A stretch of 62,780 nt of DNA, filler included, from Streblomastix strix (GCA_008636045.1; 4 parts of 4 records of this genome joined end to end with filler, not necessarily neighbours in it); one strand, 5' to 3'. Numbered from the whole stretch's first letter, positions 12,318 through 26,228 are shown. The notes: generated by a model from the sequence alone, not told the origin. Translations and numbers: made by a program.

Positions 12318-15300
12318 CTTTCTTTAATCACTGATATTATTCTATTCTTCTTATAATTAAATTATAATCATAATCATAATTATATTCCATTTACTATTTT
12401 CTGCATTTCAAACTCATCTTTATAAATTCTTTCATCAATTTCATCTAACAATAAAAAATATTCTTATCTCAAATCCTCTCAAATTCTCTCAAATACAAAT
12501 ATATATATTTCATTCAATAATATCAATTCATCTCATCATTTTACAATTATTAAATGAGTATTCACAATTGTTAATTAATTTGAAATAATTTATCTATCTA
12601 TAATTAATTTCATTCTAATAAATATTTCTTTCTTTATTATTCAAATATCAACTTTCAGTTTTCTATTAATTCAATCTCTACATCAAAATCTAACATATAC
12701 TTCTTAGTGCGAAATATCTAATAAAAATATAAATTGAAATAGAAACAAAAAATATAAATAATTTCAAATAAGTTTAATGTTTCTACAATAAATATTAAAA
12801 TTGTTTTATTTAAAACTTCAATTTAAAGTTCTTTTTTAAATTATTCATTAGAAATAATAAAAATATAGAATAATGGTTATTAAAAACATAAAGAGTGTAG
12901 TAGACAATTTCAGAAAACACAGTTGAAACATATAAAGCATATTAAAAAAAGGTAAGAATTCGGTGTGTTTAAATGTGAAAAATAAAAAAAAATGTAAATT
13001 ATGATATTTACTCCATGGCGTAAGATAAATGAAAGAAATTAATATATTAATTGTCCTGTAAAATATGCAAGGAGGCCAAAAGTTAATATGAATGAAGAAT
13101 TACATTCTTTTGTAGGAAATAAAAAAAAAAGAAATTTTGTGTTTGTCCGTAATTCAATATTAATAATTTTATTGTGATTGTAATATATCTAGTAATGCAA
13201 TCGTATAATAGCCGAAAATGCAGAATGCAAGAGTGGCAAGCAAGAATTATTTTGCAAAATGAAGAAGTGAGAGTTATGGGGTGTCAATTGCGAAAGCAAC
13301 AAGCATACATTAAATAAATCATGCCATTCACTATCAAAACAGTGTGCACGAAAACATATGATATTCGTCGATTCCTTGTGGAAGAAGCACCAACAATCGA
13401 ATAACTTCGAGCTAAAATCGGAGCTCTTTATAAATTCGAGAGTTCAGAGAATCTTATTCTGAAGTATGTAGACTGCGAAGGAGACTTTGTGACGATTGCA
13501 ACAACTGAAGATATCTAAGCAGCATTCGAGATGATCTAAGAGAAGAAAGTTCTAAAATTGTTCTTAATTGGAAAATGCTGGAAAAAGGAAAAAGAAAAAG
13601 AAAATGAAAAATAAGAGAATAAGAATGAGAAAGATGTTGAGAATGAGAAACAAGGAGAAGCAGATAAAGTGAAAGAAGGAGTGAAAAGATGTGAATGTAA
13701 GTGTTTGAAAGGAAAAGAAGGATGGAATTGGAAAGGATGTGGTTAGTTATGTAGATGGGGTTCTATTGATCCAATTGATAAATTGATGTGGCGTCGACGA
13801 AAGATGATTCATAAATACAAGCTGTTGAAGGTTGATTTTGAAGGAGCTGGAAGATGTGATAAGAAATTTGGTAAGAGTGTATTTGGAAAGAGATTTGGAA
13901 GAAGATGTTAGAAGAAAGGATTTGGAGGTAGATTCTCGAAAGTAGCTTGTGGATTTGGAAATGGATTTGGATTTGGATAAGATCAAAGTTCACGATTGTT
14001 TGGAAGATTTGGAAAGCCATTTAGAAAGCCATTTGGAGGAGTATTTGGAGGATATCATGGATTTGGAAAGCATCAAGGATTTTGTAGATCATTTGGAAAG
14101 CATTAAAGATTTGGAGGAATGTTTGGAAAGCATTAAGGATTTGGAGGATATGATGGATTTAGAAAGCCATTTGGATGTCATTTTGGAGGAAAATTTGGAG
14201 AATAATATGGAGGATATGGTGGAAAATGTTGCAAGAAATGGCAATAAGAAGGAGAAAAGAAAGTTGAAGATAAATCAGGAGAAGTGAAATGCATTGAAGG
14301 AAAACAAGAATTTGGAAAACCATTTGGTGTATATCATGGATTTTGTGGCAGATTTGGAGGGCATGTACATGGTCATGGTGGATTTGGAGGGCGATTTGGT
14401 GGGCATCATGGAAAACATCATATGAAGAAGATGCTATTCTTGTAACAATTAGCATTAAACACACCACCTGCAGCACTTAATGAAGAAAGCAGCTCATCAT
14501 CTTCTTCATCATCATCATCCTCTTCTTCATCTTCTTCATCTTCCACTTCAATAAATGAAGAATGATCTAACATACAAATGATGAATTTAATTGAGTAATG
14601 AATCTCTTCATTTCATTTTTTTTTGCAAAAGCATCGATAAACACAATCACATGCATTTGCATTTGATATTTCTATATAATAATAAAATTAAACAAATTAA
14701 ACAATCATTATTGTCAATAACTGGTTTTTGTATTATAAAATTCTTTTCAAACTTAAATAACTTGTCATCTTAATTTTATAAAATATTTTATTCATTAAAA
14801 ATTTGCGCTCTTTCATCTTCTTCTTCTTCTTCTTCTTCTTCTTTCTTTAATCACTAATATCATTCTATTCTTCTTATAATTAAATTATAATCATAATTAT
14901 ATTCCATTTACTATTTTCTGCATTTGAAACTCATATTTATAAATTCTTTCATCAATTTCATCTAACAATAAAAAATATTCTTATCTCAAATCATCTCAAA
15001 TCCTCTCAAATCCTCTCAAATACTCTCAAATACAAATATATATATTTCATTCAATAATATCAATTGATCTCATCATTTTACAATTATTAAATGAGTATTC
15101 ATAATTGTTAATTAATTTGAAATAATTTATCTATCTATAATTAATTTCATTCTAATAAATATTTCTTTCTTTATTATTCAAATATCAACTTTCAGTTTTC
15201 TATTAATCCAATCTCTACATCAAAATCTAACATATACTTCTTAGTGCGAAATATCTAATAAAAATATAAATATAAACAAAAAATATAAATAATTTCAAAT

Positions 15301-15641
15301 AAATTTAATGTTTCTACAATAAATATTAAAATTGTTTTATTTAAAACTTCAATTTAAAGTTCTTTTTTAAATTATTCATTAGAAATAATAAAAATATAGA
15401 ATAATGGTTATTAAAAATATAAAGAGTGTAGTAGACAATTTCAGAAAACACAGTTGAAACATATAAAGCATATTAAAAAAGGTAAGAATTCGGTGTGTTT
15501 AAATGTGAAAAATAAAAAAAAAATGTAAATTATGATATTTACTCCATGGCGTAAGATAAATGAAAGAAATTAATATATTAATTGTCCTGTAAAATATGCA
15601 AGGAGGCCAAAAGTTAATATGAATGAAGAATTACATTCTTT
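12318..15641. repeat. ~0.8 kb diverged direct duplication (12318-13110 and 14841-15641) flanking the PB1-FG gene
   Basis: Long shared text (e.g. ctccatggcgtaagataaat...gaggccaaaagttaatatgaatgaagaattacattcttt) with substitutions and different copy numbers of the tcctctcaaa and atcata units. Confidence 0.9.
13321..14565 (+). CDS. PB1-domain protein with long Phe-Gly/His/Lys-rich low-complexity region (414 aa)
   Basis: MPFTIKTV...DIRRF...LKYVDCEGDFVTIATTEDIQAAF (basic K plus acidic OPCA-like motif), then repeats such as FGKHQGFGG, FGGRFGG, RKPFGG, and a poly-Ser tail. Intronless, 1245 nt. Confidence 0.85.
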
Positions 15642-15741
15642 NNNNNNNNNNNNNNNNNNNNNNNNNNNNNNNNNNNNNNNNNNNNTTAATTAATTAANNN
15701 NNNNNNNNNNNNNNNNNNNNNNNNNNNNNNNNNNNNNNNNN
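15642..15741. other. Artificial contig spacer N44-TTAATTAATTAA-N44
   Basis: Identical 100-nt spacer occurs three times in the window. Confidence 0.97.
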
Positions 15742-17970
15742 GGGTAAGTTTTAGTAGAATGTCTTCGGTTGGTATTCGGGTTATAGAAATTTCTGGCTGT
15801 AGAACTAGTGCGGAGGTTTGAACTCTGGTATTGCTCCGTTCAGTAGTTAGTTCGCTGCGGGTCCATAGATGTTTGGTAAGTGTTAGACGTAGCTAGGTTT
15901 CAGTTCTTTGCCCTTCAGCCAGTATTTGAGTGCGTTCAATGCAGGTGTCAATCCTGGATTGATAGGTTAGTTTCCTGAGAACTCAGAGTGGGTATCGTAG
16001 ATACAGTATCCGAATGCAGATCCGATCATTTTGTGTAGGAATATGGCGTTGAACTTCAATAAATACTGGCTGCAACGTGGATAAAGGTCAAGATACGATG
16101 CTTATGGTCCAAATGCGACAGCTGGTACGGCTCCAGCTGTCATATCTCCTGCAATTGGAACTAAATGAGAGGTCAAGGAGGACGCGTAGAATGAGTGAGG
16201 TTTGGACGACATACGAAAAAGAGGATAGTAAAGGGATGACTCAGACTGAGGAAGTACAAGCTGGAGAACCACTAAAGGAGCGTCTGATTAACCGGTTGAA
16301 TATGCAGAAGATGATTGGAGCGAAAGTTTTGGTGGTGATGGTTGCATAGCCAATGACGAAGCATAAGGGAAGTTAGGAGAAGTTGGAGTGGTTGTGTAGT
16401 GTGTCTATGGAGGAAAGCAATACGAATCGGAATGTTAATTTCAAAGAGGGGCAGGAGAAGGAGTTGAGAGGAGGAGTAGTGTAGGAAACGGATATGGGGA
16501 AATAAATCATTATAATACGTCATACATAGTGCCAAAAAAAAGGGGTAAGTGGAGGAAGATATCGGATTGCAAGATGTTAAACGAGGAGACTGTTAAAACA
16601 CATTTCAAGATGGATGGAGTTCGCTAGGTAATGGAGTCGATGCAAGCTGCAGAGTATGCCACGATGTTAGATCTTAAGAGTGCTTATTTTCATATTAAAG
16701 TGGAAAATAGTTTGAGTCCATACAAGGGTTTTAGTTTCGATTGTAGAAGTTTCATGAATATAGGAATATCTTTTGGGTGGACAAGGAGCCCTGCTATTTT
16801 CTATAACGCGCAAAAGCCGGTGATTAAAGAGATTAGGTAAAGATGGAATATGAAAGCATTTTCTTATATAGACGATATTCGGCTTATGGATTAGGATAAG
16901 TAAAAGCATGGAAGGTGTACTTTTTATGTGACGAATTTCTTGGAGGAGTTGGATTGGCTATTAGCGGTGGTTAAGAGTTAGACAATTGCGAAGAAGAGAT
17001 TCGAGTTTCTGGTATGGGGCTGGAATTCGGAAGGAAGGGAGATTTACATCCTATGCTGAAGCAAGGCTAATTGAGGAGAAGCATTAAGAATTGGATGAAG
17101 TTGGTGAGCAAAGGAGAAAGGATTAGAGTTAACATGATTATTACAATCAAAGCGGAGCAAAATTTTTTGAGGACATAATTCGTGGATGCGTCTTTACATC
17201 TGAATGCGATTAATAAGTTGAAGACAGGATCATAGAAGGAGGTGAGTTGGTGCGGTAAGTTTTGCTTGATGAGGAGGATTAGAGGCGATTTGATTAGGTG
17301 GTAAAGGAAAGTCAAAGAAAATTAGCCATTGAAGTTCGTTTATCCAGAGATTCGGACGATATTGACAATGGATGTTAGTAAACAAGGTCGGGGTGTAACG
17401 ATGTAAGAAATTTAGGAGATGGACTAAATTCCATGGGTGGCGGAAGGTGTGTGGTGTAACTCAATGAATTAGCCTTGCTCAAATTAGCGAGAATTGACTG
17501 CGGTACTAAGGGCAATAGAGAGGTTCTCTCCGATATTGATAAATAGAAAGATATTATTAATTTAAACGGAAAAATTTGATAATTGAATATTTTTTTTAGA
17601 CGATGGCGAGCTAGGAGGGAGATGTTTTGGATTGCTAGTAGGATCAGGGCGTTTTAGAAGAATTTAGAAATCGAACTCTTGACGAGGCATATATCTGGGT
17701 CAGGCAATCAAATCGCGGATTAATTAAGTAGATTGGAGAGAAGTAGGGATTACTTAATAGACTAACATGTTCTAGATAGAGCGATGAAGGAGCTGGGGTT
17801 GAGAGTGTGGATAGATGGCTTCGCGATTAGGTAGAATAAGCGGTTGAGAATGTATTTAGCCCAATTTGGACGGAATTTAACTTGTATCTACATCCGCCGA
17901 TCGAGAAGATAATGATGGGTGAGATGGGGGTAGTTGAGGTGGAAGATTTGAGTTAGGTGCATGGCCTATA
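15742..17970 (+). mobile_element. Degenerate DIRS-like retrotransposon fragment: gag-like 3' end, RT, RNase H, Dam-like methylase remnant
   Basis: GC-richer island. RT motifs IVPKKRGKWRKISDC, HFKMDG, LDLKSAYFHI, SFGWTRSP, SYIDDI. RNase H motifs SNQRELTAV and HISGSGNQIADQLSR. Methylase-like IDGFA..NKRL and LYLHPP. Frameshifts and TGA 17057; no tyrosine recombinase seen. Confidence 0.85.
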
Positions 17971-18376
17971 ATTTAAATACGTTAAATTTAATTAATTCAG
18001 GGGTTGGAACGCACATTTCCTGAACCATTTTCCTTATCTCAACCTCATAATGTATATCACGTTTTTCTAAAAACGATCCATCGTACATTTTTTCAGTTAG
18101 CTCAGATTTTTACTTATTATTATTTTGTTCATAGAAATTTCAAGAAATTAAATCAAAAATTAAATGTATTTTTCAAACTCTAAAAGTTTATTTAAATGTC
18201 AGACAAACTCAAAAAAAGTTGATATATTAAATATATAAATAAAAATAATGAAACAGATAAAATTAAACTTGATTAATTAAAGGAAATTTGATTTACAAAA
18301 TGGTGGTTAAAAAATAACTCAAATTAATTCAATATTCCAGTATAAGTTTTCAGGTTGATGCATTTGGAAAATCATA

Positions 18377-21300
18377 TCAATAAAGTGCTGCTTTCTTTTT
18401 CTTTTTCTTCTTTTTTTTAACTTTTTCCTCAATATTATTATCGACAATTTTATAATCATCAATTTCATCAAAAGAATTTAAGCTCGAAATTGAATTTTAT
18501 GATCCAATTGAATTAATCGTTTATGAAAGATTCATTGGAGATTAAGATTAGTTCGAATCTAGATGATGAAGTTTTGTTGTATGTTTTTATTTGAGTTTAG
18601 TTGATATTTTGAGTAATTTCTACAACTAAGACTGCTATTTATTTATTTATTTTTATTATGCTTATTAAACTTTTTAATAAGGAGAATACTATAATTAATT
18701 TTGCACTTCATTCTTAGATTTAAAATTTTCATCATGCTCAACCTTACTATTTGTAGTATTTATTTTTAAATCATTTTTCTTTAACTTTTATTCTTAATCT
18801 AATTTTTCACTACTATCGGATTTCAATGGAATCTTCTCATTTAATTATATTGTATTGTCTTATTATATTGACGATGATTAATAATTTTAGTTGGAATTTA
18901 ACTACAAATCAGATTTTGAAAGAGGAATCATTAATTAGTCAGATTTAATTTGAGCGGGATTTGAAAACAATAATTCATTATTTGGAGTAAAGAACTCATC
19001 ATTAGAAGGTGCATTTGTATCATTTTTCAAAGATTGTGACTAATTCTAAGCCATATTCTTCTCCTTCAATTTCTCATTCATTTCATCCTGATCAACAATC
19101 ACACCCATATTCGTGAAATGGAATTTACTCTGGTCCTGAATGGGTGGTGGAAGATATAATTAATTAGTCATTGACAGAATACGGGATTTGTTCAGCTGTT
19201 GCGAAATTGTTTCTTTTTATGGGATTGCAAGTTGATCAGGAGATGAAGGAGAATCTGATTAAGTCTATTTGGAAGTTAATGATGCTTATTCTGACAATAA
19301 TGACTGGGGAATTTACGTGTTAATATTAGATGAAATTTACTGAGATTATAAAACAGAAGGTTAAAATGTTTATTCAACTTCAGGAATCTTTACTTATTAA
19401 TGAGAATTTTGTTATACTCCATCAGTTTTATTTGGAATTTAATTAATTTTTTCTAGTTTTAAGTCTGAAGTTTCTTTATTCTTCATCTTCTTCTATTTCT
19501 TTTTATTATTCAATATATTTATAGAAGCATTGTTGTCATCTTCATCCATGTTTTCAATTTATTCATCAATATTCATGTTTTTCTTTTTGATATTCTTCTC
19601 CTTTTTGTTTAAATTTTCATCAAATTTTTCTGTTTCTTTTTAATATTCAACATGTCCCTATTACTATTTCACAATATTCCTAAAGTTCTTCGGTTTCTTA
19701 ATAAATTTATTGAAAATGCTTGTATTCGATGCTTTAAATGTTGGAGATTGATTTTTTATCGCTTTTGGCGTCAATTACTGTGTAAATGAGTCAACAGATG
19801 CTGGAGTGTGCATCTAACTTGGAGATTAATTCAGCGAAGAATGTGAAGATGAATAATCATGATTATCACTGATGATACTCTGATCACTTGCAATACGTGC
19901 ATAGGATAAATTAGACGTTTAAGGAGTTTGCAGTTAAATCGAAGGTAGAGTTTTCTAATTATTGTTTTATTTGGGTGTACGCGGAGATGTGGACAGATGA
20001 GCATTTGATTGATATTGCATATTCGTGTTGATAACTAAATTTGATGGCTATTTGGCTTATGATCGAGGGGAATCACGAGGAGAAATTGCTAGTTATGTTC
20101 TATTCATTGTTCTGAGTGAATCATATTGCTTTTGTTATTATGAATCTTCCAGTTTAGTATCATTTTATGGTGAAGTCATTCTCCTTGAAAAGCTCAGCAA
20201 ATCGTTATATTTGCCAATGTCATTTGTTGATAAAGTTGTGTTATTCAGTTTTCTGTTCATGAGTGGGGAAGCTCTTCTTATCTTTGGAGATATTGATCCA
20301 GGAGGTTCAAAGAAAGTAATTTCATTTTCTTCATCTTCATCTTTCTCTTGTTCTTATTCTTCATAATTTTCATTTTACTTATCTTCTGATTTTTCATTAT
20401 TTTTATTTTGTTCTTCATTTTTTATTCTCTCTAATTCTTATTCTTTCCTCTTTTATCTTAATTATTCTTTTTATATCCTCATTTCTTGCTTTCTCTTCTG
20501 CTTCTCTATTTGTTACTATACAAGATGAATCTATAATTGAAGTTGAATTTGTTAATTTATCATATCTTTATCTAAAACATTATTTATTTTTTCGGAATCT
20601 TTCATTGAATCTGTGCTTTAAAAAGATGATGAAGAATTTATTCTTTATGGTAAACCAAGAAGATCAGGGTTCAAAAACATGAATTCACTTTATTTCTTAT
20701 TCGCAGCTTATTATTTATTATCTATGTTCACATCATCTTATTATTTTTATTATTATTGTTCTCCTCCTTCGCTTTATTTCTACTGTTCCATCTTCCTCTT
20801 ATTCCAGTTCTTCCATCTTTCATAACCTTCCTTCTGTTCATTCAACTGGAGTTTCATCATATCAATAAGAGAAACCATCTGATTCATTTCCTGTTTGTGT
20901 TTTTCCTCTATTTCTCTTAATTTGATTTATTTTTGCTCTTCTTTTAACTTTTCTTTGATCAGAGCTTCTTCTTCTTATTTTTGTTTTTGAATCTCAATTT
21001 CATCGTTTTCTTAAAGAAATTGTTTAATCTGTTGAATATTCTCATCTTTATTCTATTCTTATTCTTCCTTCTTTTCCAATTTCAACAGAACTTCATTCAG
21101 TTTAATTATCAATTTCTTCTCCTTCTCTTTAATCCTCTCAATTTCAGCTTCCAACCTCGAATTCTTCTCGATCAATTCTTTCTTCTCTTCAATCAACTCT
21201 TTCGACTTCTTCTTCTCGTCTTCTTTGTCCTTCTTCATCTGTTTATCTATTTCCTTATTCTTCTTTTTTAGCTTCTCAATCTCCATCCGATATTTGATCT

Positions 21301-24223
21301 CCTTTTCGAGATCTTTTATCCTCTGTTTTTCTCGCTCTAATTCTTCTGCGCTGGTGAAAACTGGCTTCAATTCTCTCATTTAATCGAGTTGCTTCTATAA
21401 GAGTCTGTTCTCTGGTGTGTCATAGTCATTATCTTCATCCAGAATGTAGTCATATTTAAATATTTTCCGTTCGGGCTCTTTTTCTTCTTCAATTTGGCTT
21501 TCGGGTTCTTTGTCGTTTTCGATTGTTTTCTTTTTAGGCGTTTCTTATTTGATTTATTGTTTTTTCATTATTGAGTTGTATTTGATTTCTGAATTGATTG
21601 CTCTTTGAATCTGCAATTTCTATTCTTATTCTTTCAATTATTCTTCGGTTTCAATCTCCTTTAAATGATCAGCTGGATTTTATTTATATTCCTGGATTAT
21701 TAATTAATAAATATAAATTAAGCAAATATAAAGAAATATTAATTAAGAAATTAAAATTGTGTTTCACTTTATTCTATTCAACAAACCTTCAATTCATCAT
21801 CCAATACTTTAATCTTATCTTTCAGCTCATCAAATTCCTTCTCTTTCTTCTTCTGCATATAAATCTCAATCTATTGAACTCTCTCCATAAACTGATTTGA
21901 CATTTGAGATATTGAATGTTGATATTCTTTCTCTTTATTATTCTTCATATGAAGCAATTTATTGAACTGAACTTTTCTTTGTTTGTTCTGCAGTTGGAGA
22001 TTCTTGTTTTGTTATTAGAGTTTTTCGATTGTTTATTTGTTAAGTGATTAATCTTCATCTTTTGCTTTTGAAAATTCATCTTTGTATTTAGTGAGAATTT
22101 CAATCTATTTCTTCAATTTTATTATCTCTTATTATTTTTCTTCGTTTTCTGATTCTAAAAGATTGAGATTAGCTTTGACGAACACTATTTCTTTCATTTT
22201 CTCTTTCAATTGGATATTTTCATTATTAAGTTGTTGTAATTGTGATTGATAATTGGTAATTTCTTGTTGAATCTTGTTATTTGACATATTATTATTATAT
22301 TCTTTACTATTTATATTTATTGGTCCAATTTTCATATCACTTTATTTATTATTGTATTATTCTTAATCACTTTCATCAGAACTTGTTTCATCATCGTAAT
22401 CAGTTTTATTCTCATATTTTTCTTCTTTTTTTATTGATTATCCATTTTTCTGTTTCTATTCTAACATTTCTTGAATTTGAATCTTTCTTTTCCCAGATTT
22501 GCGTTTGTATTTCCTGACTTGTTTGAGAAGTTTATCAACTCTGGTTTGTTTGATATATATTATTAAATAATAAATTAATAAATAAATAAAAATAATAAAT
22601 ATTAATTTTGAATTAATTAATAAAATTATAAAAATACAGTATAATAAAATTCATACTATTGTTACAAATTCAATTTGTCCCTATTGGCTTATTCCCATTG
22701 CTACTTCAAAATCTAAAATAAAAATAAGTAAGAAAAATTGATAATTAAATATCAATTCAATAAATGAAATTCTTCAATAAAAATAATAATAATCCATTTT
22801 CAATATTTATTAATTTTAACTTAATTTATTTTTCAATATATTTTAATGTATCAATCAAACCCTCATTTGATTTCCCCTATAAAATTCTCTCTTCTTTGTT
22901 TCTTATCTTTCTGTCATTATCAGATATGAAAGTTGATTGTTTTCTGCATTCTATATTAGACAAATAATATTTGTATAATAATATATATAAATAAATATAT
23001 TAAAATATATTCTCATTATTATATTTCAAAAATAATTAATAAATCAAACTCTCTGTTTTTATAAGGCTTCCAATCGCATAAGAAGTGTTTCTTTATTCCA
23101 GATCTCGAGAAGAAGTTAATTCTTTTCTTCAGTAAGAATTTGAAACTGAATATTAATTAATAATAATATAAAAAAATTAATATTTTATATTTTTATATAA
23201 TTATTATTAATAATATTAATTTTATATTATTGATACCTTCTCATTCAATTAGTTATCTTCATTTACATCTTCAGACTTTTATGGAAGAGCAAACGGAGCA
23301 CTTTTCAAATTAATCTTTTCATTTTAATTTAAATTCAATTGATTATTATTTGATTATTAATCTTATTATTTTTATTTCTAGAAATTGCGAAGCTGCGATT
23401 TTGTTAATGTTTATTAGAATCCATCATTGATTATATCTTCAGAAGAAGAAGACTTTGCTGATTATGATGCTTAAGATAAAGAGAAGTTTTTATTTTCATC
23501 GGTTTTTGATTTTTGTTCAGAATTGTGGTCTTTATAGAATCTGGATTCAGGAGATTTTGTATTTTCTGTTTAAATTTAATCAGTTTGTTATTTTTGTAGC
23601 TCTAACAATTATTGTTATAATAACTGTAGCTGAAGTTATTGCTGTTTCAATAATTATTGTTATTCAGTTTCATTAGTTGGTTATATTACTTTATTTGTCT
23701 CATCAATTCCGCTCATCAATAATTAGATTCCTTAATTCTTGTCTAATGGAACCAATAAGTTTCTCTCATTCACTTTTCCAAGCTTTATTTATTCCTGCAG
23801 TTCAGCTTCTCTTCGTTTCTCTTTCACTTATTACATTACTTTCAATGCTAACATTTCCTGTCTTTATTTCTCCTTCTATTGCCAATCAGATATTAAATCA
23901 AATTATTATCTCTTATTATTGTTTTGGTCTGTTAAATCGACTTTTTTCAATTCGAGTCCTGAACTGTCTGAATCTTCGCTATCTTAATTGCCAAATGGTA
24001 TTTAACTAACATTCTCATCGCTTTCACTGCCAATAAGTTCATCTGAATCTGATAACTGTTTATCTTTTTTATCCTCATCGCTCTTTTCATCGTCTTAGTC
24101 AGAATCTGATTCAACTTCATTCAGGTCAATCGGTATTTCTTTGTCATCTTCTTCGCTTGAACCGCTGGATTCAGATTTATTGTCCGGGTCTTCTTTGGAG
24201 TTAGAGGAAATTTAATTGTTCAT
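18377..24223 (-). CDS. Very large multi-exon coiled-coil / low-complexity hypothetical protein
   Basis: Starts MNNQISSNSKEDPDNKSES. Long E/K/Q-rich frames separated by AT-rich GT-AG introns (~21.7, 22.6, 22.8, 23.0, 23.2 kb); ends KKKKKKAALY*. Single-gene model is inferred. Confidence 0.65.
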
Positions 24224-25986
24224 AAAAAAGATCTAAAAAATAAAAATAATATTATTAAAAAAGTAATTAAAATTTGTAATAATTCAATAATAATTAAAAA
24301 TAATTAAATAAAATAAATATTTAAAATAAGAAACGAAGCAAAATTTGTTTTAAGAAAATTATTCAAAAACATAATTATTCTTGGAAACAAGTAAATTAAA
24401 ATTGAAATATGATTAATATATTAGTTGTATTATAATAAATTAAGAAGAATAAAACTATAATTAAGTAAATTTTTGCACAATATATACGAAAATAAGAGAA
24501 AAAAATGAAGAAAATTAAATATCGAGTATAACACTTTAATACTAGTTACAGTTGTTACAAAACCAATATTTAATTTATATACTTTATTATTTTTTATTAT
24601 TCCGCTGATAGTGAAACAGAAACTGAAAGGAAAACTTAAAAATACTAATTTTAATTATATAACATGTAATTATTATTTTATTTTATTTTATTTTTTACAA
24701 CATGATAATTGATTATATTTTAAATTTTAGTGGTTGAAATTTCAAGTATTAATTTTAAAGTCATTTTAACGCTTCAATAAAGATTTATTATTATTACATT
24801 TTGTTAAAAATTAGAAAAAAATTATAGCATAAACAAAAAATTTTTTTTTAAATTAGTAATTAAAGTTACAAGCTTAGATCCGCTTATTAATTTATAATGA
24901 ACTTTTAACGATTTTAATTGTAATTTATTTAAAATCTATTTTTAATAATATTATTTTTATTTTTTAGATCTTTTTTATGAACAATTAAATTTCCTCTGAA
25001 TCTTCGCTATCTTAATTGCCAAATGGTATTTAACTAACATTCTCATCGCTTTCACTGCCAATAAGTTCATCTGAATCTGATAACTGTTTATCTTTTTTAT
25101 CCTCATCGCTCTTTTCATCGTCTTAGTCAGAATCTGATTCAACTTCATTCAGGTCAATCGGTATTTCTTTGTCATCTTCTTCGCTTGAACCGCTGGATTC
25201 AGATTTATTGTCCGGGTCTTCTTTGGAGTTAGAGGAAATTTAATTGTTCATAAAAAAGATCTAAAAAATAAAAATAATATTATTAAAAAAGTAATTAAAA
25301 TTTGTAATAATTCAATAATAATTAAAAATAATTAAATAAAATAAATATTTAAAATAAGAAACGAAGCAAAATTTGTTTTAAGAAAATTATTCAAAAACAT
25401 AATTATTCTTGGAAACAAGTAAATTAAAATTGAAATATGATTAATATATTAGTTGTATTATAATAAATTAAGAAGAATAAAACTATAATTAAGTAAATTT
25501 TTGCACAATATATACGAAAATAAGAGAAAAAAATGAAGAAAATTAAATATCGAGTATAACACTTTAATACTAGTTACAGTTGTTACAAAACCAATATTTA
25601 ATTTATATACTTTATTATTTTTTATTATTCCGCTGATAGTGAAACAGAAACTGAAAGGAAAACTTAAAAATACTAATTTTAATTATATAACATGTAATTA
25701 TTATTTTATTTTATTTTATTTTTTACAACATGATAATTGATTATATTTTAAATTTTAGTGGTTGAAATTTCAAGTATTAATTTTAAAGTCATTTTAACGC
25801 TTCAATAAAGATTTATTATTATTACATTTTGTTAAAAATTAGAAAAAAATTATAGCATAAACAAAAAATTTTTTTTTAAATTAGTAATTAAAGTTACAAG
25901 CTTAGATCCGCTTATTAATTTATAATGAACTTTTAACGATTTTAATTGTAATTTATTTAAAATCTATTTTTAATAATATTATTTTT
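23967..25986. repeat. ~1 kb apparently identical direct duplication (23967-24958 / 24995-25986) joined by a short inverted segment
   Basis: Junction ~24940-24997 is the reverse complement of ~24203-24260. Confidence 0.92.
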
Positions 25987-26228
25987 CTAGCCATTTTTAT
26001 TATATAGCAGTTTTAACTATCTGAAACTATTCATCATAAATTAGTTTTTGCACATTTCAAACTTTTCTGAAATTAATGCCAAATTTAATCGTAATTATTC
26101 TGTTTTTTATTGTTTAATAGATCTCGAAAATATCTTTTTATTTCTTTATTTTCTCAATTTATTTTTTAATTTAATTTTTATTTTTTAATAATTCGTCTAC
26201 TCCTTTTTATTATATTTATTAGATAAAA

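Noticed and set aside
13949..14287. Acidic repeat ORF MDLEMDLDLDK...DLES
   Set aside because: Off-frame reading of the FG repeats in the PB1 gene, whose frame is continuous from ATG 13321.
13880..14410. tttggaaag/tttggagg repeats as a CRISPR-like array
   Set aside because: Short, irregularly spaced coding repeats (Phe-Gly) with no constant repeat-spacer period; eukaryotic context.
15686..15697. TTAATTAATTAA as a biological motif (e.g. piggyBac TTAA site)
   Set aside because: Embedded symmetrically in N runs three times; it is an assembly linker.
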